From Actinomycetes bacterium (GTDB taxonomy: Bacteria > Actinomycetota > Acidimicrobiia > Acidimicrobiales > JAKAVM01), in assembly GCA_021827485.1 (NCBI GenBank), contig JAKAVM010000106.1:45277-109276 (forward strand): a DNA stretch of 64,000 nt, read 5' to 3'. The notes under the pieces were generated by a model that saw only the letters and a program-made list of their open reading frames with translations, searched no databases and was not told where the DNA came from. Every line of letters begins with the position of its first letter. The first letter of the stretch is position 1. Made by a program: the position numbers and the translations under genes. Below, one piece after another: positions 7,949-14,669 of this stretch.

Positions 7949-9472
7949 ATGCGAGAGAAAAATAGGGATCATAATGAGCTAACGGGACCGCCTTTCCAAC
8001 CGGGACCGTCTTTCCAACCCGAGCAAACCAAGGGGCAAGACTCTCAAGACTCCAAACCAAGTCAGCTAATTCAGGTGTTTCGATTACGTGATTTGGCTGG
8101 CTTATCTATTTCTGGAGTTGGTCCGTTATTTTCTGTAGCCGCTACCGCTGGTCTGTTTGCCGCAAAAGCCGGAGATTATTCACTCATTTCAATCGGGATT
8201 GTAGCGATACCGTTACTTTGTTGTGCATTTGTATTAAGGTTTCTGAATCAGAAGTTTCCTAACGCTGGAGCTTCTTACCATTGGACGAGGATTGTTTTAG
8301 GCCAGCGAGCTTCTCTATTGCAAGCAGCAGTACTTGCCTTTGGGTACTTCCTGTCTCTCCCGGCAATAATTGTTCCAGCCGCAAGTTATACGTTGGCGCT
8401 CATAGCTCCCCATCTTGAGTCGTCATCGCTTGCCGAGCTAGTGACGGGTACTTGCTGGCTAGGAGTTGCCCTGATTGCTTTGTTGGTCGGAGCCAGGCCA
8501 ATTGCATGGGCTGTGAAATTATTTATTGCAATTGAAGGATTATCACTTCTAACGATCTTTATCTTGGGTATCATACACTTGCATTCTCACGGTGTCTCAC
8601 AAGTTGCTTCACAACATTTGCAAGCAGCTGTCTCAATCAAGACAGCCGGTTTTACGTTGCCACTTGCCGGAATAATTATTACGGCCATAATGGCAGCTCC
8701 TATTCTTGACGGTTGGGAGGTGGACAGCTACGCGGCCGAAGAGTCTAAATCGCCGCGTCGAGACCCGGGATTAGGAGGAATCATTGGAGTTGGGATTTCG
8801 GTACTAGTTTATCTGACTGTATTCCCGCTGCTTTTTAGTGAAGTACCGCGTAAAATTCTTCTAGGCAGTACCAATCCTATGCTCAACTGGGGATCTCGGC
8901 TTATCCCTGGGTCCCCATCGATCATATTATTACCGATTATTACCTCAGCGGGCGGAGTCTTGATGCTCATATCATACATCCTGTCACGAGCGTTATTTGC
9001 TATGGGACGTGATAAAGTTTTACCGAAGGCATTCGCTCGTTTGTCCGCTAGGAAGATTCCTAATGTAGCTATCATCATCAGTTTGAGTGCAGCATTTGCA
9101 GTAGTGTCGTTGGAACTATTCGCAACTTCACTCTCTGGCTTCTTCGCTCAATTACTATCTGCAGCGGGCTTCTTTCTAATTGCGGAGTTCTTTATTGATA
9201 CTCTTGTTGCATTGTTTGTACTGAGGCGTGATCCCAGTCATGCATGGTTGCGTAGATGTACCTTTATATCGACCTTATTACTTGCTAGCTTGTTAGTTGG
9301 GTTTCTTATTATATCGCCACGGGAGGTTGGTTCGCAGGTAGATTTCATCTGTATGGGGCTGGTAGTTCTTGCCGTACTTTTTGCTTGGGGCCGTAAACTT
9401 AGGCCACGAGCAACCACGCTAGTATTCGTTCCCGAGACCAAGACCCTAGAGAGTCACGATGTTGGTGTTTGA
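7949..9472 (+). CDS. APC-superfamily amino acid/polyamine permease
   Basis: 507 aa with about 12 hydrophobic segments. Carries NQKFPNAGASYHW, the typical APC motif near TM2-3. Confidence 0.8.
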   Translation: MREKNRDHNELTGPPFQPGPSFQPEQTKGQDSQDSKPSQLIQVFRLRDLAGLSISGVGPLFSVAATAGLFAAKAGDYSLISIGIVAIPLLCCAFVLRFLNQKFPNAGASYHWTRIVLGQRASLLQAAVLAFGYFLSLPAIIVPAASYTLALIAPHLESSSLAELVTGTCWLGVALIALLVGARPIAWAVKLFIAIEGLSLLTIFILGIIHLHSHGVSQVASQHLQAAVSIKTAGFTLPLAGIIITAIMAAPILDGWEVDSYAAEESKSPRRDPGLGGIIGVGISVLVYLTVFPLLFSEVPRKILLGSTNPMLNWGSRLIPGSPSIILLPIITSAGGVLMLISYILSRALFAMGRDKVLPKAFARLSARKIPNVAIIISLSAAFAVVSLELFATSLSGFFAQLLSAAGFFLIAEFFIDTLVALFVLRRDPSHAWLRRCTFISTLLLASLLVGFLIISPREVGSQVDFICMGLVVLAVLFAWGRKLRPRATTLVFVPETKTLESHDVGV

Positions 9473-9526
9473 TACGCGAGGACATCTCCAAGGGGGCGGA
9501 GGCATTAAGTCCTCAGAGAACTCACA

Positions 9527-10846
9527 CTAGGTAGCCTCTCTTCTTTTTGCCAAACAACAGTTCTTGAATTTCAGGCCGCTTTCGCACGGACAAGGTGCAT
9601 TTCGATTAGCACTTTTCCAACGGGCCCGCTCATTGGCTTCAACTGCTCGCAGGTCAGCCATTAGTCTTGAGGGTTTCTGTCCGAGCAGGGAAAGTTCAAC
9701 CATTTTGTTCATATATGGCGAAATATGTTGATAAAAAGCTCGATATCCTGAACATAGATAATTCAGACCAGCTTCACCATCAATGGCGCTAGAGAAACGG
9801 TCTTTTGGACAGCCGCCGTTACACGCAAATAGTACTGGACATGCTTGGCAATAAGAGGTGAGCGAAGAAGTCTTTGCCTTCCCAAACTCTATTTGAACCC
9901 GAGAGTCGATCAAGTCAGCTAATGAATTCGAATCAATAGTGCCAAGGCGATGCTCCAAATCAACAAAATGATCACACGAGTATATGCTACCGTCATGTTC
10001 CATGGCTAGAACTTGTCCACAGTCTTGCGCCATAATACACAGATCTGCGGGACTGCCAGACCATACTCGCAAGCACTCCAGAAATAGTTGGATAGCAATA
10101 GAAGTCATGTCATAACGAACCCATTCGTCAAATATGGCAATTAGGAAATTAGCGTATGCATCTGGGGATACTGATTGCTTCGATACTCTATTATTGGCTA
10201 GTCGTACAACGATAGGTATGAATTGAAGCCAAGCAACCTCATTTCTGAGGAAGAACCGATAGGTTTCTTCAGGAAACTGGCTATTAAAAGAATTAATCGT
10301 GCAAAGTACGTCGGGATCAATCCCACTTTCTCGAAGGTTATTGTATCCCAGCATGACGCGAGCATGTGAAGGGCTTCCACCCTGCGAAACCCTATATTTA
10401 TCGTGAAGGCGGCTGGGGCCATCAATACTTATACCCACATGAAAATTATTTTCCGAGAGGAAGCGACACCAATACTTGTCCAGTAATACTCCGTTCGTCT
10501 GAAGATTATTTATACAATTGAAGCCAGGAGGAGAATACTTGCGTTGAAGTTCCAGCGCGCGCTCATAAAAGCCTATACCGGCCAGGGTTGGCTCCCCACC
10601 ATGCCAAACGAAATGGACAATCGGTCCGGGACTTGCCTGTATGAACTTTGCTATGTAAGCATCAAGCGCTCCGTTGCCCATTATGAACTCTTGATGATCT
10701 GGGAAGAGGGCTGTTTTACCGAGATAGTAGCAGTAACGACAGTGAAGATTGCAAGTCGGGCCTACCGGTTTGGCCATGACGATAAAAGGGTCTGTACGCG
10801 ACTTTCTACGGCTAAAGCCGGGGCCTTGCGCTCTCAGCTCGGTCAT
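9527..10846 (-). CDS. Radical SAM/SPASM enzyme of the anaerobic sulfatase-maturase (anSME) type with C-terminal SEC-C motif
   Basis: Radical-SAM cluster motif CNLHCRYCYY, followed by VWHGGEPTL and LQTNGVLL. Cys-rich SPASM region (CDHF.., CQACPVLFACNGGCPKDR). Terminal CPCESGLKFKNCC is SEC-C-like. The start overlaps the upstream stop (ATGA). Confidence 0.85.
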   Translation of the reverse strand: MTELRAQGPGFSRRKSRTDPFIVMAKPVGPTCNLHCRYCYYLGKTALFPDHQEFIMGNGALDAYIAKFIQASPGPIVHFVWHGGEPTLAGIGFYERALELQRKYSPPGFNCINNLQTNGVLLDKYWCRFLSENNFHVGISIDGPSRLHDKYRVSQGGSPSHARVMLGYNNLRESGIDPDVLCTINSFNSQFPEETYRFFLRNEVAWLQFIPIVVRLANNRVSKQSVSPDAYANFLIAIFDEWVRYDMTSIAIQLFLECLRVWSGSPADLCIMAQDCGQVLAMEHDGSIYSCDHFVDLEHRLGTIDSNSLADLIDSRVQIEFGKAKTSSLTSYCQACPVLFACNGGCPKDRFSSAIDGEAGLNYLCSGYRAFYQHISPYMNKMVELSLLGQKPSRLMADLRAVEANERARWKSANRNAPCPCESGLKFKNCCLAKRREAT

Positions 10847-12081
10847 TCGTCTACTAAATAGAGCATTCCATTGGGGTCCGAAGCAGCTAGCTTGCCAGTA
10901 GAATAAAGTCGCGCGAAACCATCGTAGGAAAGTTCATCACCGTGATAACCGAGCATCACAGATGGCGACCAAATACTTATCATTGCTGAGTCAATTAGCT
11001 CCCACAAAGTTGCAATTGGTGCTTTAGTGCGAGGGTCGGTAGGTATTATATGTACGTTTGGCAGCGGGAGGCCTACCGATTCCGCTAAGTACCAGCTCGG
11101 ATGCGAACCAATTATCGGCCCTGTTTCTGGCATTCCATAAAAGCTCAAAGTTGGGCATTGAAGGATCTTGGCAATGGATCGTATCGTGCCAGGCTCGAAT
11201 GAATCGCTTACATCGACAAGAACGCCGTTGAGGCCATATTGGTCACCTTTAGATCGTTTAGCAGAAAGATCAAACGTTGAAGCTGCATCACTAGTGTTGA
11301 TATATAACCATCCTGCATCCAACGTTCTAATTGAATCAAGAGAAACTTCACTAGGGGCAAGTGCAAACAAAGTTCGTCCAGAAAGTAGTGTTGCGCTAAG
11401 TACCATGAGACCTTGCCACGAGCTAGGAGAGAAGGTAGATATCACAGGTCTCATCTCGTTATCGGTAATGAAACTTGTCATGCTCAAGCAGTGACTAGTA
11501 AGACTTCGATTGGAATGCCAGGCGATCTTGCCGTCTTTGAAGATACCTACTTTCGGTACGCGGCTGGCGGCGGTCTTTGCACTAATCATCGCAGAGCTAA
11601 GCTGTTCGCAATTTTGTAGATCCACAAGGTCATCTAGGCTAATCAGCTCAATAGACGTACCCGATAAATATGTTGCCTGCGGATTGTCTACTAGAAGTAA
11701 GTCTACCTGAAAGTTTCCAAGTTGGCTTATAGCCTCTTGGGTAGAAGGAAATAATAGAAAAGGCCTTTGGGAAGCTAGCGCCCCAAGTACCGATAATATT
11801 GCCTTGTGATTGGAGTCCAGGCTTACTGCTAGGACACGTTCAGTTGGTACTCGATCATCTATTGCCTTGGCTATAGATGAAACTATTCTTTTGAGCGCAA
11901 GTGCGCTGATAGATTGGTGGCCATCTGAGATAGCCAGTGTATTGGGGTCTAGTCTTGCCCAACTATCTAGTATGAGCTCATGCAATGGGAATGGAGGGAT
12001 CCCAAAAGTTCGGGTAACCCCACGCGGCCAGTAATGAGATGGTGCAATTGCAATCGTCTTAGGCATACGGGACAACCACAA
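10843..12081 (-). CDS. ANL-superfamily (acyl/aryl-CoA ligase-like) N-terminal domain protein, degenerate motifs, no C-terminal subdomain
   Basis: Collinear with adenylate-forming enzymes. The P-loop position reads TAASRVPKVG where TSGTTGxPKG is expected. YGMPETGP stands for YGxTE. YSTGKLAASDPNGMLYLVDE stands for the TGD...G.l.i.GR segment. The protein ends there, so the about 110-aa C-terminal lobe is missing. Confidence 0.5.
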   Translation of the reverse strand: MWLSRMPKTIAIAPSHYWPRGVTRTFGIPPFPLHELILDSWARLDPNTLAISDGHQSISALALKRIVSSIAKAIDDRVPTERVLAVSLDSNHKAILSVLGALASQRPFLLFPSTQEAISQLGNFQVDLLLVDNPQATYLSGTSIELISLDDLVDLQNCEQLSSAMISAKTAASRVPKVGIFKDGKIAWHSNRSLTSHCLSMTSFITDNEMRPVISTFSPSSWQGLMVLSATLLSGRTLFALAPSEVSLDSIRTLDAGWLYINTSDAASTFDLSAKRSKGDQYGLNGVLVDVSDSFEPGTIRSIAKILQCPTLSFYGMPETGPIIGSHPSWYLAESVGLPLPNVHIIPTDPRTKAPIATLWELIDSAMISIWSPSVMLGYHGDELSYDGFARLYSTGKLAASDPNGMLYLVDE

Positions 12082-12577
12082 TCAACGTAATGAGTAACGC
12101 TGCAAATAGTTCGAAGCGAAGCATCCTATTCATCATTGCTATAAGAGATAATCGTTTTTTGCGAAATTGTAACCGCTCACTTTCGCTAGCTATAACAGGA
12201 AGTTTTGTATGCGACAAAGGGTGTATTAGAGTCCCCATGCCAAGAACGACGGCGACTAACAATACCCAACCTAAAGATAGGAAATATCTTTGCCAATTTT
12301 GCAATTGAGGATGATTTAAATTTGCAATAATCGGCACACTGGCAAATCGGCTAGAGAATTCACCGTGCGGGACCATTATGATCTGCGAGGCCGCGATCAG
12401 GATCAAAGCCGCTAGTGCCATCCATTTGTACTTCTTGCCCATCCTAAGGCAGAGAACTCCCGTCTGAGACGGTGGCACAATTTGCTGTACGGGTCTCCAA
12501 ACTAATTCCATGATGAGAGCCCCACCCAAGTATATGCTCCATGCAACTGTCATCAAAAAGTCTCCTATGATCTTCAT
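12059..12577 (-). CDS. 4-TM membrane protein, paralogue of the upstream gene, unknown function
   Basis: 172 aa. Shares IYLGGALIMELVWRPVQQIVPPSQ with the neighbour's IYLGGTIAMEFVLGPAQKYIPPAQ. Start overlaps the upstream stop by 4 nt. Confidence 0.5.
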   Translation of the reverse strand: MKIIGDFLMTVAWSIYLGGALIMELVWRPVQQIVPPSQTGVLCLRMGKKYKWMALAALILIAASQIIMVPHGEFSSRFASVPIIANLNHPQLQNWQRYFLSLGWVLLVAVVLGMGTLIHPLSHTKLPVIASESERLQFRKKRLSLIAMMNRMLRFELFAALLITLIVVVPYA

Positions 12578-13107
12578 AAAATTCCATTTCCATACGATAA
12601 TGAAGCTCCTAGTAGGACTATAAAAAGAGCGATAACTAAATCAGCACGGGTGATGCGCTCAATCCACTTTGCAGCCGAGACCATTTCCTCGATCTTTCCT
12701 GACATTGTGGATCCTGTAGTTCCAGCACTTGCTTTGCGTGTTAGTTTAGGGCGTAAGAAAAATGTGATTAGTGATCCATTGATGACTAGAACAACCCATA
12801 AGATCATCATTGTTACTAGAGTTTGACCATATGAGGAGCTAATAAAGTGTCCTTTTGCAACTAAGTGCTGGTCTCCTAGAGAGAAGAATAAGAGCATTCC
12901 ACTTATAGGAAAGAGTGCAAGAGAACCCCATACAAGGACCAGGAAACGATCCGCACTGCGCTGCGCAACAACCTGGGCTTGAGCTGGCGGAATATATTTC
13001 TGTGCGGGTCCTAAGACAAACTCCATAGCTATAGTCCCTCCAAGATATATAGCTACAGCTAGAAGATGTAAGTAAGATGCGATAATTTGCATTGCGGTGG
13101 ATGTCAC
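12574..13107 (-). CDS. 4-TM membrane protein, paralogue of the downstream gene, unknown function
   Basis: 177 aa and hydrophobic. GTG start shares 1 nt with the upstream TAG stop. Confidence 0.5.
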   Translation of the reverse strand: MTSTAMQIIASYLHLLAVAIYLGGTIAMEFVLGPAQKYIPPAQAQVVAQRSADRFLVLVWGSLALFPISGMLLFFSLGDQHLVAKGHFISSSYGQTLVTMMILWVVLVINGSLITFFLRPKLTRKASAGTTGSTMSGKIEEMVSAAKWIERITRADLVIALFIVLLGASLSYGNGIL

Positions 13108-14669
13108 TAATTATCTCCAATATCTGTCTGGGGAGTAGAAGATGGTGCTGATGGATCTTCTGTATTGGGATGCCATGTAGCAAAGTGTGAAGTGATGGCA
13201 GAAGGTAACCCGTAAGGGGTAGGATTACCGGTCTGGAACTTGTTGTAGAAGCTTTGATCAACATGATGGAGCTGCACTGAAAATTTAGCGCGTACCGGAT
13301 TCACAAAAGCTGGACAACATCCATACTTATCTACAATATACTCAACAGTTGCGACACAGGCCTCCTCCGCCCAGTCTGAAATATAGTAACGAGGGTGTTG
13401 AGTAATCTCTTGGCGGATATCGTCGTTATATGAACTAGCTGCGTCGAAAGATGTAGCGACGGACGATTGTGAAGATAGTGATGGGTAGCGGAGTTCTTTG
13501 ACAAATCTAACTGCACTCCTTGCGTCAGGAAATCGCGCAGATGGAACAACAACGGCATCTTTGATTCCAGGAAGTCCAAGACAAGTGAGAGTTTTTGAGG
13601 GATTGGTTGCATCATCTCGCTCAAGAAACGAGAAGCCTAACCCTTGACATATTTCTGGATATGCGCCCAAGACAAGATCATCAGCGTAGGATCCGATCGG
13701 CCATGCTCCGATTCCAAGTTGCTCTGCTGCAAGTCGCATGTTTTGCACCGAACATGCTGCTTGACTTGCCCCTAGTAGGAGAGCAAGTTCGTCAAATGCA
13801 GGTATAGGGAATCCAACCTCTAAGAATCCGGGACAAATCCATTCCTTGCATCCAGCTGGCTCGCCGGTTCCTGGGTCCATTAGATAAAAACCCGACCATT
13901 CATAAGACATCAACAGCTGATTGAACCATTCGAGACCGATATCGCACACCGGAAGCAACCACGTACTTGCCGGTCTATTGATATTGTATTGGCCAGGTCC
14001 CATTGGATTGACGTTTTGAGTGGCCTCAGGTGCTGAAAACCAAGCTACATCAGGTCGGCTAGAAGATAGTATCGTGCGATTATTTCTATACCACGCCAGG
14101 ACTTTTCCGTAGTCATCGGCCCCTGCTATTTCAATTGGGGCATGATCTTGGGAAATTGGTCGGTATAGCGATACTCCTGCATCATTTATGATAAATAAAT
14201 CGACCGAAAGATCATTAGAAGATGCGGGAATAGTTCTGCCTTGTGACGATATAATACCCGATAGGCCGCCATTTATCGGAATATCAGCCATTATGGTTCC
14301 GTTTAAACCAACTCCAGCCCAAGCCACAAGAGCTTCTTCGATTTCGGAAAGAGGTATTGGATCTTTATCTAAACGGTGGGAGAGCGGCCCCTTGGCTTGA
14401 CGATGGGTACGTTGGGAGGACCAAGTAAAGGTCTCCTCTTCTCCCGTCTCAATTGAATATCCTAATCCAACTCGTCGCGTTCGAAGAGTTGATAGAAGTT
14501 TGAAAACCGAGGTTGGTGATTCAAAAGCTTCGCTGATTTGGGACTGCTCTTGCGCAGTGAGTTGAATGGGCGCCGATTGTGGTGAAGAGTCCTTTGAGGG
14601 TGTAGCTGTAGCTGAAGCTGTAGCTGGAGGATTATCCTGGTCGGTTGATTGTTTTCTTGAGAAGATCAT
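13107..14669 (-). CDS. Nitroreductase-superfamily-like (SagB/ThcOx-like) protein with low-complexity N-terminus
   Basis: 520 aa. Segments resemble the nitroreductase fold: LLSTLRTRRVG (compare LLxxRRSxR), PLSEIEEALVAWAGVG, GRTIPASSNDLSVDLFII and QNMRLAAEQLGIGAWPIGSY. The family call rests on motif memory only. The CDS itself is solid, with a 4-nt overlap to alpha2. Confidence 0.45.
   Translation of the reverse strand: MIFSRKQSTDQDNPPATASATATPSKDSSPQSAPIQLTAQEQSQISEAFESPTSVFKLLSTLRTRRVGLGYSIETGEEETFTWSSQRTHRQAKGPLSHRLDKDPIPLSEIEEALVAWAGVGLNGTIMADIPINGGLSGIISSQGRTIPASSNDLSVDLFIINDAGVSLYRPISQDHAPIEIAGADDYGKVLAWYRNNRTILSSSRPDVAWFSAPEATQNVNPMGPGQYNINRPASTWLLPVCDIGLEWFNQLLMSYEWSGFYLMDPGTGEPAGCKEWICPGFLEVGFPIPAFDELALLLGASQAACSVQNMRLAAEQLGIGAWPIGSYADDLVLGAYPEICQGLGFSFLERDDATNPSKTLTCLGLPGIKDAVVVPSARFPDARSAVRFVKELRYPSLSSQSSVATSFDAASSYNDDIRQEITQHPRYYISDWAEEACVATVEYIVDKYGCCPAFVNPVRAKFSVQLHHVDQSFYNKFQTGNPTPYGLPSAITSHFATWHPNTEDPSAPSSTPQTDIGDN

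Noticed and set aside
9527-10846. Interpreting the radical-SAM gene as MoaA (molybdenum cofactor biosynthesis) because it follows Mo-enzyme genes
   Set aside because: The protein has a Cys-rich SPASM-type C-terminal region. Its overall motif order matches anaerobic sulfatase-maturase-like enzymes. The SEC-C tail is unrelated to the MoaA C-terminal GG motif.
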